The notes below the pieces were generated by a model that had not been told where the DNA came from, did not search any database, and saw only the letters and a list, made by a program, of their open reading frames with translations. A program made the position numbers and the translations under genes. A DNA stretch of 64,000 nt from Akkermansia muciniphila (GTDB taxonomy: Bacteria; Bacillota; Clostridia; Oscillospirales; CAG-272): the NCBI GenBank assembly GCA_963611795.1, contig CAVDSZ010000001.1, forward strand, positions 211,501 through 275,500, in the 5' to 3' direction. Shown piece by piece: positions 52,429 through 62,819 of the stretch. The stretch's first letter is position 1; every line of letters begins with the position of its first letter.

Positions 52429-53718
52429 ATGTTCAAGAAGATTCTTTCCCTGGTCCTCGTTGCCGTCATGTGCGTCGGCGCCTGCATGGTGTTCGCATCC
52501 TGCGGTAAAGATGACGAAAAAAAAGGTGAAGGGGCGGATATCCTGCCGAGAAACACCGTAACGCTCAGCGAAGGTGTGACCATCAAAGACGATTTCAGAA
52601 TCGGTCTCATCTGCCTGCACGACGAAAACTCCACCTATGACAAGAACTTTATCGACGCGTTCAAGCAGGTCATGACCGCGTTCAATATTCCGAGCGATCG
52701 CTACTTCATCAAGACCGGCATTCCGGAATCCGAGGCGTGCGCCGATGCCGCGAGAGACCTCGCCGGTGCAAAGAAGTGCAACGTGATTTTCGCCGATTCT
52801 TTCGGCCATGAGCAGTACCTGCAGACGGTTGCCAAAGAGTACCCCGAGGTGCAGTTCTGCCATGCGACCGGTACCTCCGCCAAGAACGGCGCTCCCGAGA
52901 ACCTGCACAATGCATTTGCTTCCATCTACGAGGGCAGATACCTCGCAGGTATCGTTGCCGGTATGAAACTCAACGAGATGATTAACAACGGCACGATCAA
53001 AGCCGAAGAAGCCATTATCGGTTACGTCGGTGCTTACACCTATGCGGAAGTTATCTCCGGTATGACCTCCTTCTATCTCGGTGCACGTTCCGTTTGCCCC
53101 TCCGCCACCATGAAAGTCCGTTACACCGGTTACTGGTATGATCAGGGCAAAGAGCAGGAAGCCGCTACCGCGCTGATTAACAACGACAAGTGCGTTCTCA
53201 TCAGCCAGCATGCCGACTCTCTCGGCGCTCCTACCGCTTGCGAGCAGGCAGGCGTTCCGAACGTCTCCTACAACGGCAGCACCTACGCCGCCGGCGAAAA
53301 CACGTTCATGGTTTCCTCCGCGATTAACTGGGCTCCTTACTTCAAGTACATTGTCGAGCAGTACAACAAGGGCGAGGCGATCGCTACTGACTGGTGCGGC
53401 ACCATCGAGACCAACTCCGTTGTTCTCTCCGGTCTCAACCTGGATGTCGTCGCTGAGGGGACCGAGGCAGAAGTCCGTAAGGCAATCGAGGCATTCAAGG
53501 CGGGCACTCTCCATGTGTTCGACACCTCCAAGTTCACCGTGAACGGTGAGACCCTGACCGAATACAAGGCTGACGTGGACGGCGATTTCACCGGTGAGAC
53601 GAACGTCATCCATGACGGCTACTTCGATGAATCCAACGCAAAAGATTTCCGTTCGGCTCCTTACTTCGATATCATTATCGACGGTATCGAGAACAAGAAC
53701 ACTATGTACGGTGACTGA
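52429..53718 (+). CDS. BMP family ABC transporter substrate-binding lipoprotein (nucleoside/purine binding, NupN/PnrA-like)
   Basis: Lipobox MVFASC-GKDD. BMP-family body (IGLICLHDENS...GYVGAYTYAEV). Followed by the matching ATPase and two permeases. Confidence 0.8.
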   Translation: MFKKILSLVLVAVMCVGACMVFASCGKDDEKKGEGADILPRNTVTLSEGVTIKDDFRIGLICLHDENSTYDKNFIDAFKQVMTAFNIPSDRYFIKTGIPESEACADAARDLAGAKKCNVIFADSFGHEQYLQTVAKEYPEVQFCHATGTSAKNGAPENLHNAFASIYEGRYLAGIVAGMKLNEMINNGTIKAEEAIIGYVGAYTYAEVISGMTSFYLGARSVCPSATMKVRYTGYWYDQGKEQEAATALINNDKCVLISQHADSLGAPTACEQAGVPNVSYNGSTYAAGENTFMVSSAINWAPYFKYIVEQYNKGEAIATDWCGTIETNSVVLSGLNLDVVAEGTEAEVRKAIEAFKAGTLHVFDTSKFTVNGETLTEYKADVDGDFTGETNVIHDGYFDESNAKDFRSAPYFDIIIDGIENKNTMYGD

Positions 53719-53819
53719 TTCTTTTTCCCGGGAAAGGCATTTCTTTCCCAAAGCCTTGAGAGCGCCGGAACGCCCGGCGCTCCCAAGGCTACCTCTTTTT
53801 TCATAATCGGGAGGTACCC

Positions 53820-55514
53820 ATGTCAGATTACAGCATTGCATTGCAGATGAAAAACATTTCCAAGAGTTTCGGTCCCGTGCAGGCAAACCGGAATGTGGAT
53901 TTGGACGTGCGTCACGGCGAGATTCTTGCAATCCTCGGGGAAAACGGGAGCGGCAAGACCACGCTGATGAATATGATTGCCGGGATTTACTACCCGGATG
54001 AGGGACAGATTTTTGTCAACGGGGAGGAAGCGACGATTCGCTCCCCGAAAGATGCGTTCCGCTACGGCATTGGCATGATTCACCAGCATTTCAAGTTGGT
54101 GGACGTTTTTACGGCTGCCGAGAATATTGTCCTCGGCATTCATGAGGGGAACCGCTTCGATCTTGCGGAAACGGAAGAAAAAGTGGCGGAGATTACCCGG
54201 AAATATCATTTTGAAATGGATCCGCGGAAAAAGGTCTATGATATGGCGGTCTCTGAAAAGCAGACGGTCGAGATTCTGAAGGTTCTTTACCGCGGTGCAG
54301 ATATTCTGATTCTGGACGAGCCGACGGCAGTCCTCACGCCGCAGGAGATTGACAAGCTGTTTGCGGTTCTGCGGAAAATGCGCGAGGACGGCAAGTCCAT
54401 CATCATCATCACACACAAACTGCATGAGGTGATGGCGATTTCCGACCGCGTGGCAGTGCTCCGCAAAGGGGAACATATCGCGACGGTAGAGACCGCGAAC
54501 ACGACCGAGTCCGCCCTGACCGAGATGATGGTCGGCAAGAAAGTGGTACTCAACATTGAGCGCAGCAAGCCGAAGAATCCGGCAGACCGTCTTTGCATCG
54601 AAGGGCTGAGCCTGAAGAACCAGGAAGGGACGCAGATTCTCGACCACGTATCTTTTACCGCGCGCTCCGGGGAGATTCTCGGGATTGCCGGAATCGCGGG
54701 CAGCGGACAAAAGGAACTGCTGGAAGCCATCGCCGGGCTTCAGCATCTCGAAGAGGGCAGCCTCATTTTCCACAATCCGAAAAAAGATCAGCCGGTGACG
54801 TTCTTTCATAAGAACCTGCATCGTGTAAAGCAGCTTGCCGCCGAGGGCGCGTTCCGATACGAGAACGGGGAGACCGTGAGTTTTGCCGGTAAGACGGATA
54901 AAGAGATTCGGGCGCTGGTGAATGACGGGAAAGTCCTCTTCAAGGAAGATGAAATCATCGACCTGAGAGACAGAACCCCGCTCGAGATCCGCGAACTCGG
55001 AATCCGCCTCTCTTTTGTCCCCGAGGACCGTCTCGGCATGGGTCTTGTCGGAAACATGGACATCGTGGACAACATGATGCTCCGCAGCTACCGGAAGGGC
55101 AAATCCATGTTCGTCGACAGGACAAAACCGGGGGCGCTCGCCGATAAGATTATCCACGACCTTGAGGTCGTGACCCCGTCGGCACATACACCGGTCCGTC
55201 GGCTCTCCGGCGGGAATGTACAGAAAGTGCTGGTCGGGCGTGAGATCGCCGCCGCACCGAAAGTCCTCATGGCGGCGTACCCGGTGCGCGGTCTGGACAT
55301 CAACTCCTCCTACATGATTTACCATCTGCTGAACGAGCAGAAGGAACGAGGCGCCGCCGTCATCTTCGTCGGGGAGGACCTCGACGTGCTGATTGGGCTC
55401 TGCGACCGGATTCTCGTCATGTGTGGCGGGAAAGTGTCCGGCATCGTAGACGGCAGGACCGCCGACAAGAGCCAAATCGGTCTGATGATGACCAAAACGG
55501 AAGGGAGCGTCTGA
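53820..55514 (+). CDS. ABC transporter ATP-binding protein (tandem ATPase domains)
   Basis: Two Walker A / signature sets (GENGSGKTT ... LSGGNVQK), the typical sugar/nucleoside-type fused ATPase. Confidence 0.9.
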   Translation: MSDYSIALQMKNISKSFGPVQANRNVDLDVRHGEILAILGENGSGKTTLMNMIAGIYYPDEGQIFVNGEEATIRSPKDAFRYGIGMIHQHFKLVDVFTAAENIVLGIHEGNRFDLAETEEKVAEITRKYHFEMDPRKKVYDMAVSEKQTVEILKVLYRGADILILDEPTAVLTPQEIDKLFAVLRKMREDGKSIIIITHKLHEVMAISDRVAVLRKGEHIATVETANTTESALTEMMVGKKVVLNIERSKPKNPADRLCIEGLSLKNQEGTQILDHVSFTARSGEILGIAGIAGSGQKELLEAIAGLQHLEEGSLIFHNPKKDQPVTFFHKNLHRVKQLAAEGAFRYENGETVSFAGKTDKEIRALVNDGKVLFKEDEIIDLRDRTPLEIRELGIRLSFVPEDRLGMGLVGNMDIVDNMMLRSYRKGKSMFVDRTKPGALADKIIHDLEVVTPSAHTPVRRLSGGNVQKVLVGREIAAAPKVLMAAYPVRGLDINSSYMIYHLLNEQKERGAAVIFVGEDLDVLIGLCDRILVMCGGKVSGIVDGRTADKSQIGLMMTKTEGSV

Positions 55515-55515
55515 A

Positions 55516-56691
55516 ATGGAAGAAAAGAATTCCGCGGTCGAGACCGCGGCACCTGCCGAGAGTGAAAAGCCGGCGGAAAAAGTCAAAAAAACGCCTCTCT
55601 TCCATGTAACGAAGCGGGCGCAGATCAGCTGGCAGAAGTCCGTCGGCATTCGCGCCATCGCGATTTTTGCCGCGCTCGTGATTTGCGCGATTTTCACCGT
55701 TGTGTGTACGGGAGACAACCCGTTCTCCGTGTTCAAAACCATGGGGCAGGGTGCATTCGGCAAGGGGCGCTCCCTTGTGACGATTCACGATATTGCGATT
55801 CTGCTCTGCATTTCCCTCGCGGTGACGCCCGCGTTCCGGATGCGTTTTTGGAATACCGGCGCGGAGGGGCAGACGCTCATCGGCGGACTTGCCACGGCAA
55901 TCATCATGCTGAACCTGCATGACAAAGTGCCGACGGCGGTGCTTGTGCTGATGATGCTGATTGCCGCGGTGGTCGCGGGGGCTCTCTGGGGTGTCATTCC
56001 GGCACTCTTCAAGGCGCGCTGGAACACCAATGAAACACTTTTTACCCTGATGATGAACTACGTCGCCATTCAGTTGGTCGAGTATTTCCTCAAGATTGCG
56101 GACAAAACGGGCTCCAACGTGGTCGGCCCCAAGCTGCTCGGCGACGGGATTCCGAACCTGTTCGGAGTGCAGTATCTCCTCAATATCCTTGTGGTGGCGG
56201 TACTCACCGGGCTCCTGTATGTTTATCTGCAGTACAGCAAACACGGCTATGAGATTTCCGTGGTCGGCGAGAGCGAGAACACGGCGAAGTATATCGGCAT
56301 CAATGTGCCGCGCGTCATCATTCGCACGATGATTCTCTCCGGTGCCATCTGCGGTCTTGCCGGGCTGTTGCTTGTCGGCGGTGCATCGCATTCCATTAAC
56401 TCCAATATCGTGGACGGGCGGGGCTTCACGGCAATCATGGTATCGTGGCTCGCGAAGTTCAATCCGATTTTCATGATTCTCACGACCTTCCTGCTGGTGT
56501 TCCTCGACCGCGGCGCAGATGAAATTTCCACGCGTTTCGGGCTGAACTCCTCTTTCTCCGAAATCCTGACGGGGATTATCCTGTTCTTCATCATCGGCTG
56601 TGAGTTCTTTATCCGGTACGAGATTCATTTCGATCGCCACCCGTTTCGGAAAAAAGCCCCAAAAGATTTGGTGAGCGAGGAGGAGAAGTAA
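55516..56691 (+). CDS. ABC transporter permease
   Basis: Polytopic membrane protein starting 1 nt after the ATPase stop. BPD_transp_2-like (NTGAEGQ motif). Confidence 0.85.
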   Translation: MEEKNSAVETAAPAESEKPAEKVKKTPLFHVTKRAQISWQKSVGIRAIAIFAALVICAIFTVVCTGDNPFSVFKTMGQGAFGKGRSLVTIHDIAILLCISLAVTPAFRMRFWNTGAEGQTLIGGLATAIIMLNLHDKVPTAVLVLMMLIAAVVAGALWGVIPALFKARWNTNETLFTLMMNYVAIQLVEYFLKIADKTGSNVVGPKLLGDGIPNLFGVQYLLNILVVAVLTGLLYVYLQYSKHGYEISVVGESENTAKYIGINVPRVIIRTMILSGAICGLAGLLLVGGASHSINSNIVDGRGFTAIMVSWLAKFNPIFMILTTFLLVFLDRGADEISTRFGLNSSFSEILTGIILFFIIGCEFFIRYEIHFDRHPFRKKAPKDLVSEEEK

Positions 56692-56692
56692 G

Positions 56693-57685
56693 ATGAACTT
56701 TATTGCACAGTTTTTACAGCGCGCAATCCTGCAGGGCACGCCGCTTCTCTTCGGCGCGACCGGTGAGATTATTACGGAGAAATCGGGGAACCTGAACCTC
56801 GGGATTCCCGGAATCATGTATGTCGGCGCCATTTCGGGCGTCATCGGCGGATTCTTCTACCAGACCTCGGTCAAGACCGTGAATCCGTTCCTCGCCATTA
56901 TGATTCCGCTTCTTTCCTGCCTGCTCGGCTCTCTTTTGGTGTCGCTGATCTATTGCTTCCTCACCATTACCCTGCACGCCAACCAGAACGTGACGGGTCT
57001 AGCACTCACGACGTTCGGCGTCGGTTTCGGTAACTTCTTCGGCGGCTCGCTCATCAAGATTACCAAGAGCGAAGTGCCCTTTGTGGCGCTGACCAAAATT
57101 GCAAAATACTATCACGCCAGCCTTCCGTTTGTCAAGAAAATGCCGCAGGGGATTCGCTGGATCGGCACATTGTTCTTCTCCTACGGTTTCCTTGTTTATC
57201 TTGCCATTATCCTCGCTATTGTGGCGACGATACTGCTCAAAAAGAGCCGCATCGGTCTGCACCTGCGCGCGGTCGGCGAGAACCCGGCGACGGCAGACGC
57301 GGCGGGCATCAATGTGACGGGGTACAAGTATTTTGCCACCTCGATCGGCGGTATGGTTGCCGGTCTCGGTGGGCTCTACTTCATCATGGACTATTCGGGC
57401 GGCATTTGGTCGAACAACGGTTTCGGTGATCGCGGCTGGCTTGCTATCGCCATCGTTATTTTCGCTATCTGGAGACCGAACCTTGCCATCTTCGCCTCCT
57501 ATCTGTTCGGCGGTCTGTACATCCTGTTCAACTACATCAACGCCAAAATGCAGTTGATTCCAATCATTCAGATGATTCCGTACGTTGTGACGATTCTGGC
57601 GCTGATTCTGACGAGTATCCGCAAGAAGCGCGAGAATCAGCCCCCCGCCTCCCTCGGTCAGTCGTATTTCCGCGAGGAGCGGTAA
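56693..57685 (+). CDS. ABC transporter permease
   Basis: Second permease, starting 1 nt after the first. FGATGEIITEKSGNLNLGIPG motif. Confidence 0.85.
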   Translation: MNFIAQFLQRAILQGTPLLFGATGEIITEKSGNLNLGIPGIMYVGAISGVIGGFFYQTSVKTVNPFLAIMIPLLSCLLGSLLVSLIYCFLTITLHANQNVTGLALTTFGVGFGNFFGGSLIKITKSEVPFVALTKIAKYYHASLPFVKKMPQGIRWIGTLFFSYGFLVYLAIILAIVATILLKKSRIGLHLRAVGENPATADAAGINVTGYKYFATSIGGMVAGLGGLYFIMDYSGGIWSNNGFGDRGWLAIAIVIFAIWRPNLAIFASYLFGGLYILFNYINAKMQLIPIIQMIPYVVTILALILTSIRKKRENQPPASLGQSYFREER

Positions 57686-57764
57686 ACGGGAAAGACAGCG
57701 GCGGATATCCGCATCGCGTCACTGCCCGGTATGGGGCAGACTGCATTCCACACATATGGGCTTC

Positions 57765-57798
57765 AGCGCCCCGGCAAAAGCCGGGGCGCTCTTTTTTT
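57765..57798 (+). terminator. terminator of the xpt-ABC operon
   Basis: AGCGCCCCGG-CAAAAG-CCGGGGCGCT followed by CTTTTTTT. Confidence 0.75.
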
Positions 57799-57837
57799 GT
57801 TTCCTTTTGCATATAGTAGCGACGAGGGGGGAGAGAC

Positions 57838-58575
57838 GTGGAGATTCTGATTTGCGGTGCCGAGGGGAAACTCGGCGGCGCCGTCCGTCGCGCAATCGCC
57901 GCGCGGCGGGATTGTCGGCTCGTCGCCGGGGTGGACCCGCGCGAGGGGCACGGGGAATACCCGTGGTTTGCGTCGCTTTCGGACGCCCCCGGGGCAGAGG
58001 TCGTCATTGATGCCTCGTTTCATACCGCGCTCCCCGAGGTGGTTCGGGGGGCACTTTGCCGCGGGGCAGCGCTGGTGGTCGCCGCGACCGGGCATACCGC
58101 CGAGGAGCGGGCGGCGCTCACGGACGCCGCCGGACGGATTCCCGTTTTCGTGAGTGCGAACTATTCGCTCGGGGCGGCGCTGCTCGGCGAGTTCGCGCGG
58201 CGTGCCGCGTCGGTCATCCCCGGCAGTGAGATTGAAATTGTCGAGGCGCACCATACCGGTAAGCGCGATGCCCCGAGCGGTACCGCTCTGGCACTTTTCG
58301 AGGCAGTGCGGGAAGCGCGCCCGCGCGCGCGGGCGCACCCGGGACGTGTGGGGAGCGGCGTGAGGCGCCCCGAGGAGATCGGAATCCATTCGCTCCGCTT
58401 GGGGTCGCTCCCGGGCACCCATACGGTCTGCGTCGCGACGGGGGAGGAGACGCTGACTCTGACGCACACCGCCTTGACCCCCGCCGTCTTTGCTTCGGGC
58501 ATTCTCCGCGCCGCTATGTATGTGCGGGGGCGGGCGCCGGGGCTTTACACCATGTCGGATCTTCTCTATATGTGA
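57838..58575 (+). CDS. dapB: 4-hydroxy-tetrahydrodipicolinate reductase
   Basis: EIVEAHHTGKRDAPSGTAL is the DapB active-site signature. GTG start. Confidence 0.88.
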   Translation: MEILICGAEGKLGGAVRRAIAARRDCRLVAGVDPREGHGEYPWFASLSDAPGAEVVIDASFHTALPEVVRGALCRGAALVVAATGHTAEERAALTDAAGRIPVFVSANYSLGAALLGEFARRAASVIPGSEIEIVEAHHTGKRDAPSGTALALFEAVREARPRARAHPGRVGSGVRRPEEIGIHSLRLGSLPGTHTVCVATGEETLTLTHTALTPAVFASGILRAAMYVRGRAPGLYTMSDLLYM

Positions 58576-58581
58576 GGGCTT

Positions 58582-59424
58582 ATGGAACTGCAATTTATCA
58601 AGATGCAAGGTCTCGGGAACGACTATGTATATGTGGACACCGCGGCACAGGAGATGCACGGGATAGATGAGCCGGCGCTCGCCCGCGCGGTCAGCGCGCG
58701 CCGTTTCTCGGTCGGCGCCGACGGACTGATTGTTATAGACAGATGTCCGGATGCCGATGTGCAGATGCGAATGTACAACGCGGACGGGAGCCGCGGGGAA
58801 GTGTGCGGGAACGGTCTGCGCTGTGTCGCAAAGTTCTGCCGCGACGCGGGCATTGTTGCGGGGGACACCGTGACGGTGCTGACGGACGCCGGTGTGCGGC
58901 GGGCGAGAATCCTTTCCGGTACGGGACGCACCGCCGTCGTCGAGGTGGAAATGGGGCGGGTCGAACGCATTCCCGAGAGGATTCCCGTCGCCGGGCGTGA
59001 CAACCGCTTTCATCTGGCGGCAGGCGACCGCACGTTTTACCTCTTTGCCTGTTCGGTCGGGAATCCGCACGCCGTGACCTTTCTCGACAGTCTGGATTTG
59101 GATATCGAACGCTACGGGCGTCTCATCGGGAGCGACCGTATCTTCCCCGCCGGGGCGAATGTTTCGTTCGTCCGTCCTTTGCGCGTGGGAACGTTACAGG
59201 CACGCGTGTGGGAGCGCGGGAGCGGAGAAACGCTCGCCTGCGGGAGCGGAGCCTGCGCCGTCACGGCGGCGGCAATCGAGGAGGGATATGCCGAATACGG
59301 TATGCCGGTGCGCGTCATTCTGCCGGGCGGCGTCCTTACGGTCTCCGTGCGGGAGACGGGGGAGGTGACGCAGACGGGAGAGGCGGTCACGGTCTTTTCG
59401 GGGGTGTTCTCATGGGAGGCGTAA
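58582..59424 (+). CDS. dapF: diaminopimelate epimerase
   Basis: FIKMQGLGNDYVYVD, both catalytic Cys motifs (CGNGLRC, ACGSGACA) and NVSFV. Confidence 0.9.
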   Translation: MELQFIKMQGLGNDYVYVDTAAQEMHGIDEPALARAVSARRFSVGADGLIVIDRCPDADVQMRMYNADGSRGEVCGNGLRCVAKFCRDAGIVAGDTVTVLTDAGVRRARILSGTGRTAVVEVEMGRVERIPERIPVAGRDNRFHLAAGDRTFYLFACSVGNPHAVTFLDSLDLDIERYGRLIGSDRIFPAGANVSFVRPLRVGTLQARVWERGSGETLACGSGACAVTAAAIEEGYAEYGMPVRVILPGGVLTVSVRETGEVTQTGEAVTVFSGVFSWEA

Positions 59425-60608
59425 ACCCCGGGTTTGAGCGACTTTCCGCGCAGTACCTTTTCCGCGAGGTGGCGAAACGGCGCGCCGCCTATGAAACCGG
59501 GCACCCCGCCGATGAAATCCTCTCACTCGGTATCGGCGACGTGACCCGCCCGCTGGCGCCCCCGGTGAGCGCCGCAATGGCGGCGGCGGCGCGGGAAATG
59601 GCAACGCGCGAGGGGTTCCGCGGGTACCCGCCCGCTTTCGGCTACGACTTTCTGCGTGCGGCGATCGCCGCACGCTATGCGGCGCGAGGGGTGTCTTTTC
59701 AACCGGAAGAGGTGTATGTTTCGGACGGCGCGAAGACGGATGCCGCCACGCTCGCGCATCTCTTCGGTGACGTGACGGTGGCACTCCCCAATCCTACCTA
59801 TCCCGTGTATCGTGACGCGCATCTGCTCGCCGGGCATCGCCTGCGGATCCTGCCGGCGAGGTCGGAGAACGGATTTCTTCCGACGCCGGACGGCTTGCCG
59901 AGGACACCGCACGTCGTCTACCTGACATCGCCCGGCAATCCGATTGGCGTCGCTTATGACCGCGCGGGGCTCACCGAGTGGGTGGATTTCGCCCGTGGGA
60001 GCGGGTCGCTTCTGGTGTTCGACGCCGCGTACGAGGCGTTTCTCGGTGATACGGGCGTACATAGCATTTTCGAGATTCCGGGGAGTCGGGATTGCGCTGT
60101 GGAGCTCGGTTCGTTTTCCAAGTCCGCAGGGTTCACCGGCGTGCGTTGCGCGTGGAGTATCTTTCCGCGGGAAGTGACGTTTGACGGCGTGCCGCTCACC
60201 CCGCTTTGGGAGCGACTGAAAAGCATGGCGTCGAACGGCGTTGCCTATCCTGTCCAGTGCGCCGCCGCCGCGGCGCTGACTCCGGCAGGGCTCGCGGCAA
60301 CGGAGAACAATGTGCGGTATTATCTTGCGAACGCGCGCCTACTCTCCCGAGCGCTCCGGGGAGCGGGAGCTTCGTATGTCGGCGGGGAGGTGTCGCCCTA
60401 TCTTTGGGTCAGATGCCCCGCGGGGGTCTCTTCGTGGGAGTGGTTCGACCGCTGCCTTATCCGGCGGCAGGTCATCGTGACGCCGGGCGTCGGCTTCGGC
60501 GACGCGGGCGAGGGGTATGTGCGTCTCTCTGCCCTCGGGCGGCGCGAGACGATTCGCCGCGCCGCCGCCCGTTTGTTTGGGGGCGACACGCGCGAAGAAA
60601 CACGGTGA
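59412..60608 (+). CDS. dapL: LL-diaminopimelate aminotransferase
   Basis: LSAQYLFREVAKR...LSLGIGDVTRPL and the PLP-lysine motif SFSKSAGFTGVRCAW. Start set to ATG 59412 (13-nt overlap with dapF). The track's 59208 start lies inside dapF. Confidence 0.8.
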   Translation: MGGVNPGFERLSAQYLFREVAKRRAAYETGHPADEILSLGIGDVTRPLAPPVSAAMAAAAREMATREGFRGYPPAFGYDFLRAAIAARYAARGVSFQPEEVYVSDGAKTDAATLAHLFGDVTVALPNPTYPVYRDAHLLAGHRLRILPARSENGFLPTPDGLPRTPHVVYLTSPGNPIGVAYDRAGLTEWVDFARGSGSLLVFDAAYEAFLGDTGVHSIFEIPGSRDCAVELGSFSKSAGFTGVRCAWSIFPREVTFDGVPLTPLWERLKSMASNGVAYPVQCAAAAALTPAGLAATENNVRYYLANARLLSRALRGAGASYVGGEVSPYLWVRCPAGVSSWEWFDRCLIRRQVIVTPGVGFGDAGEGYVRLSALGRRETIRRAAARLFGGDTREETR

Positions 60609-60655
60609 TTTCACATTGATTGCGTACTGTGCGAAAAAGAAAAACATACATTCAA

Positions 60656-60700
60656 AAATCACCGGGAGGAGCTGATTTTATCGGCTCCTCCCGGTGATTT
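60656..60700. terminator. terminator hairpin after dapL
   Basis: AAATCACCGGGAGGAGCTGA-TTTTA-TCGGCTCCTCCCGGTGATTT, a 20-bp stem. Confidence 0.65.
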
Positions 60701-60754
60701 CGTGTACAAGACCCTTCGGTGGGGCATACTGGTCAAAAACAGGAAGACAAGACG

Positions 60755-62098
60755 ATGAACGAGATGAGCAAAGACAGGAACAAAGAAAATACGGGGCGCG
60801 ACGAACACCTGACAGATGACGTAAACGGCGTTCGGGTCGGGCAGGGCGGTCTGTCCGGCGGCACACAGGAGGGAAACAGACGTGCGTGGCGAAACACCAG
60901 GATTGGCTTTTCGCTCCTGCTTCTGGCGGTTCTGCGCGGGCTCGCCGGCCCCGGGCTGTTTTCGTCGCTCGGCGTCTTTTTCCCAGCCGTTGCCGAGGCG
61001 GGCGGTGGGTCGCTCGGGGTGCTATCGCTTTCCGTTTCGCTCGCGTCGGTCGCGGGGGCTTGCTTTCTGCCGCTTGCCGGACGCTTGTATGAACGTCACG
61101 ATTTTCGGCGCGTGACCCTCGGCGGGGTTCTCGCGATGACAGCGGCATACGCACTGTATGCCGTTACACCCGCGCCCGCGTGGCGGGCACTCCTCTCTCT
61201 GCCGCTCGGGTGCGGCATGGTCATGCTCGTGAATCTCATGGCGCCTTGCTATCTGCGCTTCCGTGGAGCGGATAGCGGCTCTTCGCTCGGCTCGCTCGTC
61301 GCGATCTCGGGTCTTACCGGGGCGGTCTTTCAGCCGCTCCTCGCCATGGCGCTCGCGGCATGGGGCTGGCGCGTCGCGTATCTCGTGTTCGGGCTCGGGG
61401 TGCTCGCGCTCATGGGCGGCGCGTTGTTTCTGCTCCCGCCCGTGGCGACGCCGGGAGTCTCACCGTTGCCCGACGTTCCTGCGGCGTCCGATGCCCCCGC
61501 GCACGGCTCCACCGTCGGGGCAGGAGCCGTTCCGCGCGGCGCCTTTATCAGTCTGTTCCTCTATCAGGGCATCATCACGGGATTCGCGATGTTTCATCAG
61601 CATTTCAGCACCTTTGCCAAAGGGGCAGGGCTGGCGAGCCGCACCATGACCGTGGCGCTGACGCTCTCCATGCTGACGTCCGCCGTCGGTGCGTTCGTCC
61701 TGGGGCTCCTGACCCGTCGCTACGGCGCCGGGGCGACGGGGGTCGGCGTGCTCTTCCTTGCCGCTGCGTCTGTTTTGCTCTTCGGGTTTACCGGGGGGAG
61801 CACGGGCGGTTTTCTCACAGCCGCGGCGCTCCACGGCGCCGCCTCCGGGGCGATTGGCGTGACCGTCCCCGCCGCCGCGCGGGAGGTCTATTCCGAGGGG
61901 GACTATGCCCGATTCCTGTCTCGCATTATGGTATCTTCGCCGCTCTTTACGTTGTTGTTTATGCAGTTGTACGGCGTTTCCTATGACCGCACGGGGAATT
62001 TCGGTGTCTCGCTCCTCGTTCTGCTCGCCGCCCTCGGGGTGGGGGCGGCAATCTTCTCCCGCTCGTTCGGTCGCCGGCGGGAGCGCCGCCGCGCCTGA
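60755..62098 (+). CDS. MFS transporter
   Basis: About 12 hydrophobic helices with a central loop and Gly/Ala/Leu-rich composition typical of MFS. ATG 60755 preferred (AGGAAG upstream). Substrate unknown. Confidence 0.6.
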   Translation: MNEMSKDRNKENTGRDEHLTDDVNGVRVGQGGLSGGTQEGNRRAWRNTRIGFSLLLLAVLRGLAGPGLFSSLGVFFPAVAEAGGGSLGVLSLSVSLASVAGACFLPLAGRLYERHDFRRVTLGGVLAMTAAYALYAVTPAPAWRALLSLPLGCGMVMLVNLMAPCYLRFRGADSGSSLGSLVAISGLTGAVFQPLLAMALAAWGWRVAYLVFGLGVLALMGGALFLLPPVATPGVSPLPDVPAASDAPAHGSTVGAGAVPRGAFISLFLYQGIITGFAMFHQHFSTFAKGAGLASRTMTVALTLSMLTSAVGAFVLGLLTRRYGAGATGVGVLFLAAASVLLFGFTGGSTGGFLTAAALHGAASGAIGVTVPAAAREVYSEGDYARFLSRIMVSSPLFTLLFMQLYGVSYDRTGNFGVSLLVLLAALGVGAAIFSRSFGRRRERRRA

Positions 62099-62278
62099 CG
62101 GTTCGCGCAAGACCGAGACCGATTGGTACAAAGGTACAAAACCGATACCGATAAGATACGGGACCGAAACCGGGCAATTCGGCTTCGTGCATTTTTATCG
62201 GGGTGCCGCCGGTTTTTCGGGCGCCGCACCGTGCATAAAGTGCGGCGGTCGAGGCTCGGAGCCGACGGTTTATACGCC

Positions 62279-62311
62279 GAAAAAAGAGAGTCGCGGCATT
62301 GCCGCGACTCC
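62279..62311 (-). terminator. terminator of TerB-like gene
   Basis: GAGTCGCGGCA/TGCCGCGACTC stem followed by TCTTTTTT on the minus strand. Confidence 0.65.
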
Positions 62312-62333
62312 CGATATTTTGTGGTTGTTCCTC

Positions 62334-62795
62334 TTATGCCCGGAGCAGCCTGCGGATATAGTTTCTCTCTTTGAGGGAAACCTTACCGTCGACGGACGTG
62401 ACGCACAGACAGAGCATGAGCAAATCTTCACGGAGCGAGTCGTTCAGCAGACTGTAAATGCGCACCATTTCCTCCGTGTCTTTCTTTAGCGCCTTGGCGG
62501 CCTCACGGTCGCTCTCAATCGACGCCTTGACGGTGGCGAAGTCGAAATCCTCGCCGAGCGCGCGGACGAGCGTGGGGTACATGAGCAGGTATTCACGCTC
62601 ATCGAGTTTGCCGTCGGCGACGGCGGAGCCGATGATGAAGCCGGCGAGCGCCTCCAGCGGGTGCACTTCCTCCGCTCCATCGAGGAGCGCGAGCTTGGCA
62701 AGCACGCGGACGGAGCTGTCTGCGAGGCAGGCGCCGCGTTCGACGGCGTTCATGGATTCAAAGCGGTGACAGAGTTTCGCAAATTCAAACATCAT
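62334..62795 (-). CDS. TerB-like (tellurite-resistance TerB family fold) protein
   Basis: Two ...DGK(L/V)...E...L repeats (SAVADGKLDEREYLLM; TSVDGKVSLKERNYIRRLL) as in TerB-like domains. Start set to MMFEFAKL, behind AGGAG. Confidence 0.5.
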   Translation of the reverse strand: MMFEFAKLCHRFESMNAVERGACLADSSVRVLAKLALLDGAEEVHPLEALAGFIIGSAVADGKLDEREYLLMYPTLVRALGEDFDFATVKASIESDREAAKALKKDTEEMVRIYSLLNDSLREDLLMLCLCVTSVDGKVSLKERNYIRRLLRA

Positions 62796-62819
62796 GAAAA
62801 CTCCTTTCAATTTGTGCCG

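Noticed and set aside
52372-56844. Minus-strand ORFs 52372-53931 (519 aa), 53823-55763 (646 aa) and 55417-56844 (475 aa).
   Set aside because: Antisense to the BMP lipoprotein, ABC ATPase and permease genes, which form a coherent plus-strand operon with 1-nt spacings.
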